Below, piece by piece: positions 19,727 to 29,641 of a stretch of 64,000 bases of DNA; position 1 is the first letter of the stretch, and each line of letters opens with the position of its first letter. The position numbers and the translations under genes were made by a program. Source of the stretch: Candidatus Bathyarchaeia archaeon (GTDB lineage Archaea > Thermoproteota > Bathyarchaeia > Bathyarchaeales > Bathycorpusculaceae); assembly GCA_050012255.1 (NCBI GenBank), contig JBEKHN010000009.1, positions 1 through 64,000 of the forward strand, read 5' to 3'. The notes under the pieces are model-generated. The model made no database searches. It worked only from the letters and a program-made list of their open reading frames with translations, and was not told the origin of the DNA.

Positions 19727-21064
19727 ATGGTCAAACGTGAAACGACTTTAGCCTTTTACGGTGGAGTGAACGAGATCGGCGGCAACAAGATTCTGGTCAA
19801 GGATGGAGACACCAGGATTTTCTTCGACTTCGGCATGTCGTTTAGCATGAAAAAACTGTTCTATTCGCCACCTTTCTTGTCTCCCAAGAGCGAAAGAAGC
19901 TTGCAGGAATTTGGAATTCTGCCCAAACTTGATGGAGTCTACAGGTTCGATGAGAAGGCTCCTGAAGTGGATGCCGTCTTCGTGTCTCACGCACACTTGG
20001 ATCACTCCGCTTACCTCTCCTTTATCAAACGTGAGATCCCAGTTTACTGCGGCGAAACAACAAGGATCATCCTGCAAGCGCTGAGCAAGATGCGCCGAGC
20101 GGATTTGGAGTTTGACATCGAGGGGTTGAACTTCAGACCCTTCAGGACTGGCGACAAGATCCATGTTGGAAACGTGGAGGTCGAGCCGGTTCACGTCGAT
20201 CATTCTGTTCCAGGTGCCTATGGTTTCGTTGTTCACACGTCAAGTGGTGCGATAGTTTATACAGGAGATTTCAGGCATCATGGCGCGAAACGTGAGATGA
20301 CTGATGATTTTACTCGAAAAGCAAGTGAAGCGGACCCTGTGGCGGTTGTCACAGAAGCGACGAACATGACCAGTGCACACGTGTCTTCGGAAGATGAAGT
20401 TGAAAACAAGCTGAACGCCATCGTCGAAGAGGCAGATGGGATTGTGCTTGCAGAGTTTGCTTATGGAGATGTGGACCGTTTCAACAGTTTCTTCCGAGTT
20501 GCCAAGGACAACGGGCGTTGTTTTGCGATCTCACTTAGGCAAGCATGCTTGTTGAACGCTCTCCGTGCTGACAGGGGCCTGATCCTTCCAGACTTGAACG
20601 ATGAGAGCCTGTTGATTTTTCGAAAATCGAAGGTCACAAGCTACGCCTGGGAAAAGCAGATCCTGGAGCGGTACGGTGGCAAGGTGAAGAGTGCCTTCGA
20701 TCTTTCGAAGCAGCAGTGTAAGGTTGTGTTGGCATTGTCATTCTATGATTTGGAGGAGTTGGTTGAGCTGCGACCAGACGCAGGGAGCTGTTATGTTTTG
20801 TCTGCATCGGAACCGTTTAATGAGGAGATGGAGATTGATTTTGAGAGGCTTGTCAATTGGCTTGGGCATTATGGTCTGCCACAGTATCACGTTCACGTTT
20901 CGGGTCACATCATGCCGTTGCAGCTGAAATCCATTCTTAAGGAGGTTGATGCGGTGAAGGTTTTCCCCATTCATACGGAGAACGCTGAGCTGTTCGGCAA
21001 GTTCACGCGAGACCTTAGGGGTGAAGTGGTGCTGCCTGAGAAGGGAAGAGAGTACACGGTTTAG
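19727..21064 (+). CDS. RNase J-like beta-CASP metallo-beta-lactamase hydrolase
   Basis: GGVNEIGGN, SHAHLDH, HSVPG, YTGD, HVSGH and PIH motifs. Confidence 0.9.
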   Translation: MVKRETTLAFYGGVNEIGGNKILVKDGDTRIFFDFGMSFSMKKLFYSPPFLSPKSERSLQEFGILPKLDGVYRFDEKAPEVDAVFVSHAHLDHSAYLSFIKREIPVYCGETTRIILQALSKMRRADLEFDIEGLNFRPFRTGDKIHVGNVEVEPVHVDHSVPGAYGFVVHTSSGAIVYTGDFRHHGAKREMTDDFTRKASEADPVAVVTEATNMTSAHVSSEDEVENKLNAIVEEADGIVLAEFAYGDVDRFNSFFRVAKDNGRCFAISLRQACLLNALRADRGLILPDLNDESLLIFRKSKVTSYAWEKQILERYGGKVKSAFDLSKQQCKVVLALSFYDLEELVELRPDAGSCYVLSASEPFNEEMEIDFERLVNWLGHYGLPQYHVHVSGHIMPLQLKSILKEVDAVKVFPIHTENAELFGKFTRDLRGEVVLPEKGREYTV

Positions 21065-21176
21065 ACCCGTGGAAATCCGTCAGCATGCCATGAGTCTTGA
21101 AGGCTTGTGGTCAGCATTTATATAAGGAGCAAATAGTTTATTCTGACACGCAGACAGTAGGCAAGGAGAAGTTTGG

Positions 21177-21416
21177 ATGCCAACGGCTTTCGTCTTGATC
21201 AACACGGAGCTAGGGTCTGAAACGGATGTTTTGAAGGATTTGAAGAAGGTCGCGGGAGTAGATGAGGTCTTTGCTGTCTACGGGACATATGACATAGTTG
21301 CGAAGGTGAAGGCGGAAACTATGGACAGGCTCAAGGAGATCGTGACCGTTCGCATCAGAAAGGTGAACAACGTCAGGGCCACGCTCACGTTGATGTCTTC
21401 GGAGGACGCGAAGTAG
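21177..21416 (+). CDS. Stand-alone Lrp/AsnC ligand-binding (RAM) domain
   Basis: AFVLI and VYGTYDIVAKV motifs. Confidence 0.9.
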   Translation: MPTAFVLINTELGSETDVLKDLKKVAGVDEVFAVYGTYDIVAKVKAETMDRLKEIVTVRIRKVNNVRATLTLMSSEDAK

Positions 21417-21705
21417 CAGTCAAACCCCTCTTTTTATGGTCTCTTTGAAGGATGAAGGTTAGCAGAATGCGGTTCTCTCAGCGTCGGCGCTGTGCCGTGC
21501 GTCGCGCGCCCAGTAGCACATGGACGCCTCTCACCCAGGTTTTTTCCATGGCAAGATTTTCTAACGGGTTTCGTCTAGGAGCTTGGACTGACACTTGAGC
21601 AGGTTGGACATGGTGATTAGGCATTAAGCTGAGGCGTGGCATTAGGCGCGCAAAACCAATATTTAGAGTTTACAGAAAAGCAGGATCAGTGAAAAGGATG
21701 TTTTC

Positions 21706-22899
21706 TCATTCAAGTTGGTAAGGTTTGAATTGCCATGCTTCTTCCTGTTGGTAAAGATCTCTAAGTATTCCATTGGCTTGTTCTCTGTCAATTGACAATA
21801 GCAGTTTTGCGAGGTGCTTGCAGAGTTTTTTTGTTGACGAGACTCGTTCCCAGTCTGCACAGTCATGAAGGATGATCTTTGCTCTTCCGTCTATCACTAT
21901 GTGATATTCTCTCAATCTTGCTTCAAGCCTTTCACTTACCTGCTTGGTAATCGTCAGGTCGCTGTCCGGGATCTCTTCAGCTCTCTTCAGCCTTTCAGGG
22001 GGAACGAAGTAGTTTATAAGACTGTCAAAATTCATGTTCTTGGGTGCAGCAAAGGTTTCAAGAGTGGAATAAGTCGTCTGAGTTGCAGCTTTGCGGTAGC
22101 TTTCTATCCTGTTTTTGATTTCGATTTGCTTTGGCTCTAGAGCTCCAGCCATTTCCATTATTTGCAGACAGTTCTCAACTGCGTAGCCATGATAATGGTT
22201 GTTGAAGTAACCGTAGACTTTTTCGACTTTGTCGGCAACTTCTTGAACTCTGGGAGCCCAGGGCTCAAGTTCTTCGGCGCGATAGCGATAGTTGTACCAT
22301 GGTCTGGTTCCGTGTCCGTGCCACCGGAAGTAGGCGATCTGAGATGTCAAGTGTGTCTCTGGAGGTAAAAGTGGTTCATCGACGATTGTGTATGCTACCT
22401 TGTATTTCTCGAGGAGGGCCCATGTTTCGCTTCGCATCCATGAGAGGTCTCGGAACTCGACTGCGAATTTCACGTGGGTCGGGAGCAATTTGAAGAAGTC
22501 TTCCAGCTGCTTTGGCCTGTAGTCAAACCTTGGAGGGAGTTGGATAAGTATGCAGCCTAGTTTGCCGCTTAGGGAGAGTGGTTCCATTAGTTCTAAGAAT
22601 CTCCCTAGATCTTCCTCAATGCCTCGTGCAAGCTCTAGTTTCTTCTCGTGTGTGATTAGGCCGGGCAGTTTGGCTGTGTAGACGAAGCCCTCGGGTGAGT
22701 ATCTGGTCCAGCCCATGACGGTGCCTTTTGAAGGATAGCGGTAGAATGTGGAGTCGATCTCAACGGTCTTGAAGACTCTTGTGTAGGCGCGGAGCATGCT
22801 CTTGTCCATTTTGGTGTAGAAAGGGCCTATCCATTCCTTGTAGCTCCATCCGGACGTGCCCAGGAAGACTTTTTTGGAGATCTCAGCCAAGCTGATCAC
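21706..22899 (-). CDS. DUF72 protein with C-terminal SWIM-like zinc finger
   Basis: GTSGW, VEIDSTFY, QLPP, VEFR, YFNN; tail HDCADW..LCKH. Confidence 0.88.
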   Translation of the reverse strand: MISLAEISKKVFLGTSGWSYKEWIGPFYTKMDKSMLRAYTRVFKTVEIDSTFYRYPSKGTVMGWTRYSPEGFVYTAKLPGLITHEKKLELARGIEEDLGRFLELMEPLSLSGKLGCILIQLPPRFDYRPKQLEDFFKLLPTHVKFAVEFRDLSWMRSETWALLEKYKVAYTIVDEPLLPPETHLTSQIAYFRWHGHGTRPWYNYRYRAEELEPWAPRVQEVADKVEKVYGYFNNHYHGYAVENCLQIMEMAGALEPKQIEIKNRIESYRKAATQTTYSTLETFAAPKNMNFDSLINYFVPPERLKRAEEIPDSDLTITKQVSERLEARLREYHIVIDGRAKIILHDCADWERVSSTKKLCKHLAKLLLSIDREQANGILRDLYQQEEAWQFKPYQLE

Positions 22900-23849
22900 C
22901 AGGTGATATGTTCTAGTTTGTCCATTACTTCAGCGATGTTGTTGTATGTTTCTTCAGGAAGTTCTTGGAGGGCTTCCTCTGCGTGGACTCTTGCCGTTTC
23001 TGTCATGTCGAAGAGTTTCCATCCTTGCTTGCGGATAAGCTGTTGTTTCGTGGCAGGAAATTCCGCGTCTTCTCTGAGAACCTCTTCAAGGGAAGATATA
23101 CCCGTTGACCTCGTTATCATCGGAAACTTGCCCGTCTGCTTATACTTCTTCAACCTTACAGCGTCTTTGTACATTCTTACAAAATGAAAGCTCATGGCTA
23201 CTTTCTGGGACTTTGACCCGGAGGCCCTCCGATCTATTTCGACCAGTTCTCCATCCGTTGACTGGTAAATGTTGTGTTGCCCCTTTCCGAAGAGTCTGGT
23301 GTACAATAGGTCTGACCCGTAAGCGGGTTCCTCGCCTTTCGACAAATCCACACAGTGTACCATGTTCTTGTCTTGCATGATCTTCAAGAGTTCCGGTGAG
23401 AGCACTTGACCAGGTGCTTGTCTCAGTTCGAGGGCCACTCGCATGTTCCCAAGGTCCAGTGAGGACAGGAGGAGACGAAGGTCTTTAACTGATGCTCGAT
23501 TCAGCCTGAATGATCGCGGAACCTGAAGGTGCAGGATATTCGCTTTTAGAACCTGACATATCTTTCTCATTTTTTCAAGAGTTTCAATGGCCTGTTCTAC
23601 GGGTTGGAACTTGTAGGTGTGGCAAATTGAGCGATGCGCTCTGACGCTGAATTGAAAATCTGGCGGCACCAGCCTTCTCCACTTTTCCACTTCATTCAAG
23701 GGAGGTTTCTGGTAGAATGTCGAGTTTACTTCCACAAAGTTGAAAACCTTAGAATACGCTGCTAAGGAGCTGACTCCTGGAACTTGAAAATAAGCCCATC
23801 CACCGGCTCCGATTAGGTATTCCTTCAAGACTTCAGGCCTCTTCGTCAA
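22896..23849 (-). CDS. Divergent DUF72 protein with DUF2795-like tail
   Basis: GAGGW, VEVNSTFY, YTRLFG; tail EFPATKQQLI..LQELP..TY. Confidence 0.82.
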   Translation of the reverse strand: MTKRPEVLKEYLIGAGGWAYFQVPGVSSLAAYSKVFNFVEVNSTFYQKPPLNEVEKWRRLVPPDFQFSVRAHRSICHTYKFQPVEQAIETLEKMRKICQVLKANILHLQVPRSFRLNRASVKDLRLLLSSLDLGNMRVALELRQAPGQVLSPELLKIMQDKNMVHCVDLSKGEEPAYGSDLLYTRLFGKGQHNIYQSTDGELVEIDRRASGSKSQKVAMSFHFVRMYKDAVRLKKYKQTGKFPMITRSTGISSLEEVLREDAEFPATKQQLIRKQGWKLFDMTETARVHAEEALQELPEETYNNIAEVMDKLEHITW

Positions 23850-24185
23850 ACACTTCGCGTACTACGTGATTCGAGCCTTAAGAAGGGTTTCGACTTTTGG
23901 CTATTTAAAACCAGAGTGTTTTCCCTCAAACATGTCGAAGGCAGGATACTCGACTTCTACACTTCTGCGTCCGGACAACAAGGATCGCTATATGTCGTTT
24001 GATCCTCTAGATTCCAACAATTATTAATAAGGCGGTGCATAAGGAAAGCCTTAGCCACGTGTTTCTAAATGAGCAAATTGTCAGAAGATGATTCAAGTAT
24101 AAGAGAGCAGGTTTCAAGACCTGTTGGCGAAAGTCAGCGACTGTATGGATCGATCGCATGTGGCAAGTCGTTGTGACGGGGTGTT

Positions 24186-25187
24186 ATGAACTTGTACTGT
24201 CCTAAGTGCGGTGCTCAACTTCCAGATGAGGCCGCCTTTTGCATGAAGTGCGGAACCAGCGTCGCTGCTGGGCAGTCGAAGCAGGCTGAAGCGTCGACGG
24301 CACCGGTCCTGGCTCCTTTGGGGGCAACGGCGTTAAAGTGCCCCAGTTGTGGCGCACCCATCTCGCCCAAGTTTGGCGAGATGATCATAACGTGCGAGTA
24401 CTGCGGAACCGGGATAACACTCGGAAACGACGGCTGGAAAGGTGTACAGAAACAGACGATGCTTCCGCTCAAGTTTGGGGAAAGAGATCAAGTCGTCGCC
24501 AAGATTCACGACCTCATGGATAGGGGACTGCTGCACCGACACCTTCAGGAGAGTTCAACGCTCGAGGAGATGAACCTGAGCTTTGTCCCATACTGGATTG
24601 TTTCTGTCTCGGCAAGAACATCGATTGTAGCGAGTGACATGGTAGTCCAGGCTGGAGAGATCGCCACCACCGCGGCTCTCTTTGGCGTTATGGGGTCCGC
24701 GATGGGCGGCAGAAGGGGCGGGGGAGGCTTTGCAGGGCCTCTTCTTGCGGGAGCAGTGCTGGGCACCATGATGGGTCCCGGTCAAGCCAGTGCGAAGAAG
24801 ACCTACGAGATGGACAACAACTACAATTTCCCGATAGTGGCGCTCAAGGCCCTTATCGAGCACCAGCCCAGAAATTACCAGTTCAGCCTCGATGACAGGG
24901 CACTCTTCGATGTCTCGAAGGTCCCAAAGGGCATAAAGATTCTGAACGGTGATGTTGGACAAGAGGCTGCCAACTATCAAGCGAAGACGCTCGTCGACCA
25001 GTTGCAGTCCGAGAAGGCGCATGCACAGTACCACATGATCCAGCAGCTACACACAGACGTGGATGTCGCGGATGCAGAGCTGCTCTATGCACCGATATGG
25101 TTTGCCCAGTACGACCACAAGGGGAACAAGATAGTTTTGGTAATCGATGGCAACTCAGGCGCCGTGATTAACAGCATCGGTCTCTAA
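24186..25187 (+). CDS. Double zinc-ribbon domain protein
   Basis: CPKCG..CMKCG and CPSCG..CEYCG; internal Gly/Ala-rich hydrophobic segment. Confidence 0.85.
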   Translation: MNLYCPKCGAQLPDEAAFCMKCGTSVAAGQSKQAEASTAPVLAPLGATALKCPSCGAPISPKFGEMIITCEYCGTGITLGNDGWKGVQKQTMLPLKFGERDQVVAKIHDLMDRGLLHRHLQESSTLEEMNLSFVPYWIVSVSARTSIVASDMVVQAGEIATTAALFGVMGSAMGGRRGGGGFAGPLLAGAVLGTMMGPGQASAKKTYEMDNNYNFPIVALKALIEHQPRNYQFSLDDRALFDVSKVPKGIKILNGDVGQEAANYQAKTLVDQLQSEKAHAQYHMIQQLHTDVDVADAELLYAPIWFAQYDHKGNKIVLVIDGNSGAVINSIGL

Positions 25188-25423
25188 AGACCAGAAGAGA
25201 ATTCTGTTCCATCCACCGTCTTGATAATATGTATTTAGCCTCTAACAAGGCCGGCCCTAGTGCGGGCTACAATGGACGATATTCTGAACCTGCTCAAATA
25301 TAGAGAGGAAAAGACCGAATGCGCATCTTTGAAAAACCTAATAGGTAACAACAAACACTTTGCGCAGGGATATCAAATGCCAAAATCTCCTACTGCGGAC
25401 GAGAAATCAGAGAGGGAGACAAC

Positions 25424-26140
25424 TTGAGCAAATACTCCAGAACGAAGCTAAGCGGATTAACTGAAAACCAGGCTAAGGCTGGATCCTCTGCGGAGGATGA
25501 GGTCGAGAAGACCGTGGTCAGGAGGCTCGATGGAATAAAGAATAGAGACGAAGGCGCAGTTAGAGCGGTCCTTGATGAACGCTACAGCAAATTTGATGAC
25601 TGGCCTCCTTTTAGAAGACAAGAGACTGCAGAAGCTCTAGAGAATGAGTTCGCGGCGTTCAAAGTTCTCTCCAACTATAGTTACGAGTTAAAGAATTTTG
25701 AAGTAAACGTCCTTGGAGACATCGCTGTTGCCACTTTCAGTATACATTATCAGGGAGTAATCAGAAACAGGCCATTTGAGGTGAATTCGCGTGTTACATC
25801 AGTCCTCATGAAGCAAGATTCAGGATGGAAAGTCGTTCACGAGCACTTCTCTAGGTTCCCTGAAGAGACGGGGCAACAACTCGGCGCGTCTCCCTCGCCT
25901 CAACCGACGCAATCCCCATCGCCTACATCGCATCCGTCAGGAGCGGATAGGACAAGAACTTATGCTATTCTAGGATTTGTTAGTGCTGCTATTGGTTTGC
26001 TTATATTACCTGAGATATTTGGTTCGGTGGCGATAGTTCTCGGAGCCTACGTATGGAGAAGAAAACAGGGAAACCTTGGGCTCATCGTTTTGATTATCGG
26101 AATCATAGGCATAGTTATACCTTATCTCCTCCCATCGTAG
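25424..26140 (+). CDS. NTF2/SnoaL-like domain with Pro-rich linker and two C-terminal TM helices
   Basis: WKVVHEHFS terminal strand; PSPQPTQSPSP linker; hydrophobic tail. Confidence 0.8.
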   Translation: MSKYSRTKLSGLTENQAKAGSSAEDEVEKTVVRRLDGIKNRDEGAVRAVLDERYSKFDDWPPFRRQETAEALENEFAAFKVLSNYSYELKNFEVNVLGDIAVATFSIHYQGVIRNRPFEVNSRVTSVLMKQDSGWKVVHEHFSRFPEETGQQLGASPSPQPTQSPSPTSHPSGADRTRTYAILGFVSAAIGLLILPEIFGSVAIVLGAYVWRRKQGNLGLIVLIIGIIGIVIPYLLPS

Positions 26141-26250
26141 ACTTAGCGGGCAGGGCGAAGAACCATTAACGGGGAACTTTCGCGTCTGGTGATTATGGAA
26201 AGGAATAATAGTATTCTTCACCCAAGTTTGAGGGAAGGCTAGGTCGCAGT

Positions 26251-27681
26251 ATGAAGTTTTCTTTCATTGCTCCTGGCCCCAACGCAGATTTGGATGAACG
26301 TGAGGGAAAAAAGTCTATCGGCGCCTGGCCTCCTCTGGGCATCTTGTATTTGGCCGCGGTCTTAGAAGAGAGAGGCGTTGAGGTTTCTGTTCTGGACCAG
26401 GCAGCAGAAGGTTTCACGCTGAAGGAAACGATTAGCTGGGTAAAGGCTGAGAACCCTGACATTCTTGGTTTTTCAACTTTTGCAAGCTCAGGCCGCACGG
26501 CCGCGGCGATAAGCAGCGAGGTTAAGAAGGAGAATCCGAACGTTATTGTAGTGTTCGGGAATCATTACGCGACGTTTAATCCCGAAAGAATTCTGAGAAA
26601 ATATCCTTCAGTTGACATCATTGTGCGAGGAGAAGCAGAACGTACAGTCATCGACCTAGTGGATTGGTTCGAGAAAAGGCGAACGCTTAAAGAAATTCTT
26701 GGAATCAGTTTCAGGAACGGAAGCGAAGTGGTATCGATGGCTGATAGGCCTTTGATAGAGGACTTGGATTGTCTTCCTTTTCCTGACCGTGCCTTAATCA
26801 GTGAGGACTATCACTCTATGATTGCAGGAGCAAATGTTGCCCCAAGAAAGTTCACAAGCATCGTTTCTTCCCGCGGCTGCTTTTACAGATGCCGGTTCTG
26901 TTCCTGTGCGCAGTTTGCTCGTAACAGATGGAGATCCAGATCCGTGAAGAGCACTTTGGAAGAACTGTGTTTTCTTGCGTCCGAAGGATATAGACAGTTC
27001 GTCTTTGTTGACGACAATTTCACCGCTAACCCAAACAATGTGATCAAGCTTTGCAGAGGAATGAGAAGAGAAAAGCTGGATGTCGAATGGATCTGTGAGG
27101 GAAGAGTGAGTAACGCTTCCTACCAGATGTTCTGGGAGATTGCGAGAGCGGGGTGTAAAATCTTGTACTTTGGCATCGAGAGCGCTAATCAAAGAATTCT
27201 CGATTACTACGACAAGCGGATAACGCCTGAACAATCTAAGACCGCGGTGAGAACGGCCAGAAAGGCGGGAGCAGACGTGATAGTCGGGTCTTTCATAGTG
27301 GGCGCGCCTGACGAGACCAGAGAGGAGATTCAGAACACGATCGAGTTTGCAAACAGAATTGCAATAGACCTGCCACAGTTTAACATAGTGGGCGTTTTTC
27401 CTGGAACAGACATGTGGAACGAACTCGAAACCAGGGGGTTTCTAACGGACGGAGACCACTGGGAGACAGGCATCGCGGTCTCAGAAATATGCCCGACTGC
27501 AGTCCCTTACGAGGAAATAAGGCAAATGGTACATGAGGGTTTTTACCGCTTTGTCAAAAGGCCAAGCTTCATATCAAAACAGATCGCGAGGCTAATCAGG
27601 AGTCCTTACCGGGTCAGAAGTCTGATAAACAATCTTGAACAAATGGGCAGTATTAGAGAAGGCATCCGCAGCGTTACTTGA
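26251..27681 (+). CDS. B12-binding radical SAM protein
   Basis: PPLGILYLAA, RGEAE, SRGCFYRCRFC, DDNF and GIES motifs. Confidence 0.93.
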   Translation: MKFSFIAPGPNADLDEREGKKSIGAWPPLGILYLAAVLEERGVEVSVLDQAAEGFTLKETISWVKAENPDILGFSTFASSGRTAAAISSEVKKENPNVIVVFGNHYATFNPERILRKYPSVDIIVRGEAERTVIDLVDWFEKRRTLKEILGISFRNGSEVVSMADRPLIEDLDCLPFPDRALISEDYHSMIAGANVAPRKFTSIVSSRGCFYRCRFCSCAQFARNRWRSRSVKSTLEELCFLASEGYRQFVFVDDNFTANPNNVIKLCRGMRREKLDVEWICEGRVSNASYQMFWEIARAGCKILYFGIESANQRILDYYDKRITPEQSKTAVRTARKAGADVIVGSFIVGAPDETREEIQNTIEFANRIAIDLPQFNIVGVFPGTDMWNELETRGFLTDGDHWETGIAVSEICPTAVPYEEIRQMVHEGFYRFVKRPSFISKQIARLIRSPYRVRSLINNLEQMGSIREGIRSVT

Positions 27682-27702
27682 CGCCATGGACTTGCTCGCG
27701 CG

Positions 27703-28206
27703 TCAAGAGGGCTGCCACTCCTCTCTGAAGAAAATCTCTGAGAGCTCTTTTCTCCGTCTGGGAGCAGGCTTTTCATCTGGCATCCCTATTGGCAACAGTG
27801 CGACGACTTTCATCTTTGCAGGAATCTTGAGCAGACTCTTCACCGCGTCCTCGTCAAATGCACCTATCCAACAAGTGCCGTAACCCAGGGCTGTGGCCGC
27901 CAAAACCATGTGTTCCAACGCTATCATTGTGTCCTTTTCGTGCCATCTGGCAGACTTTTCAGGATCACTGATTGCCACCACAATCGCTCCAGCGTCGCCT
28001 ACGAACGTCTGATCATTCGCCGCTTTTGCCAGAGCCTTCCTTCGTTGCCTTTCTTCAACTACTACGAAGCGCCAAGGTTGGCGATTGGCTGCAGACGGTG
28101 CCAGACGGGCGGCCTCGAGAATAGTCTCCAGCTTTTCGTCAGGAATTGGTTCCGGCCTGTATTTTCTGATGCTCCTTCGAATCCTTATGGCTTCAAGAAC
28201 ATCCAT
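27703..28206 (-). CDS. Nitroreductase family protein
   Basis: RRSIRKY, APSAANRQPWRF and GYGTCWIG motifs. Confidence 0.95.
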   Translation of the reverse strand: MDVLEAIRIRRSIRKYRPEPIPDEKLETILEAARLAPSAANRQPWRFVVVEERQRRKALAKAANDQTFVGDAGAIVVAISDPEKSARWHEKDTMIALEHMVLAATALGYGTCWIGAFDEDAVKSLLKIPAKMKVVALLPIGMPDEKPAPRRRKELSEIFFREEWQPS

Positions 28207-28423
28207 CTTGATTTTCCTACCCTAAACTCACTCTCTTGCACAGAGCTTATTATTCCTAGTGGCGCATAGGGCGCGCCGGTTCTGACATGGATAGATTGAA
28301 AGTTACACTCTTAGGGGGTTCATTCATGAGATGGTTCCAAACTCTTAGTGCCGATATTGAGAGTGGATTATTAGGGTTTGTAGTGTGCAAGGATTCACAA
28401 CGTATTAATTAAAGTATCAACTC

Positions 28424-28681
28424 TTGCTATTTACGATAACGATGTCCAACACGGCAAAGCAGGACCGGCGCAAGCAAGCCCTTTTTCACACGTTGGGTCT
28501 AAGTTGCTTAGGCGGAGCAATATTCCTGCAGATATTGGTCTTTACAGACATACTGACCCATGGATACTTCATGGCTGTGGAAAGCAACCAGGCTATTTTG
28601 GCTTTTGAAATACTGTTGACTGCTTTTTCTTCCATATACTTCGTGTACATTTACCAACGCTTCATCCGCTCTATGAGATAG
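28424..28681 (+). CDS. Small two-TM membrane protein
   Basis: Two hydrophobic helices; ATG at 28442 is an alternative start. Confidence 0.7.
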   Translation: MLFTITMSNTAKQDRRKQALFHTLGLSCLGGAIFLQILVFTDILTHGYFMAVESNQAILAFEILLTAFSSIYFVYIYQRFIRSMR

Positions 28682-28778
28682 CCCCTTCGGGACGCGCGCT
28701 ATTTTTCTGCACGTTACGGAAACATCCCGACGATGATAGAAAATGTTAAATAAACTTCTCATAGAACTCGCTCAGTAG

Positions 28779-29564
28779 TTGTTCTTCAAGTGTGAGACAA
28801 TGAGAGGTTTACGGAAACTGACTTTAATGGCATACATCCTCGCCTTGGCATTTGCCTTGATAAGCACGGTGAAGGTGCAGGGCTCGGCAGACGAGATGAA
28901 GGCTTTCTTTGACTCACAAATCCCCGGAATCACGATTCAAGTCAACGCAACGACGCAGACTCAGCCAACGAAGAACATCACTGTCATAGTTAGTCTAAAA
29001 ACGAACGTAACTGACATCGGGGTCGAACATTTCAACTTGGAAGTATCTGGGTTCTTGAACGGAACCACTAAACTTTCGATGCTGAACATCACTGACAACA
29101 ACTTCTTCCTAAACAACACATCACCAAAGGAGTACGTGAACAGCACCTACGTACCTAGCTGGGTTTGGGGTATAACCTACGGAGAAATCACGCTGAGTTA
29201 CAACGTGAGTGAAGAAGGCTATGTTTTGACATTTCCTAACTTCGTAAGTGGTTTTCCAATGACGCAAGTAGAGAACACTTTTCTGAAAGGGCTTGAGACA
29301 CAAAACACCATCCTACAAGACCAAATTAAGAGCCTGAATGACAGTTACCAACAGCTAACCAACCTATATCAGAACGTCAGCAACACTCTTCAGCAGCTTA
29401 ACCAGACCTATGTACAGCTTTACCAAAACTACACTTCTGTCAAAGGAAGTCTCGGCGATCTTGATAACACCCGTCGGGTAACGACGGTTCTTGCCGTAAC
29501 AACCATCTGCTTCTTGGTGACAACGATCTATCTGGTGATCCGCAGACCAAAAGAGTCATGGTAG
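28779..29564 (+). CDS. Secreted, membrane-anchored glycoprotein with coiled-coil stalk
   Basis: Signal peptide, many N-x-S/T sequons, heptad Q/N/L region, C-terminal TM plus RRPK. Confidence 0.8.
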   Translation: MFFKCETMRGLRKLTLMAYILALAFALISTVKVQGSADEMKAFFDSQIPGITIQVNATTQTQPTKNITVIVSLKTNVTDIGVEHFNLEVSGFLNGTTKLSMLNITDNNFFLNNTSPKEYVNSTYVPSWVWGITYGEITLSYNVSEEGYVLTFPNFVSGFPMTQVENTFLKGLETQNTILQDQIKSLNDSYQQLTNLYQNVSNTLQQLNQTYVQLYQNYTSVKGSLGDLDNTRRVTTVLAVTTICFLVTTIYLVIRRPKESW

Positions 29565-29641
29565 AGCGCGCGCGGGCTACTACTGAATCTTGAGGGAAAA
29601 CCTTGAAAGCGCCTCGAAAGCTAGGCGGCCTAACGTGCAGG

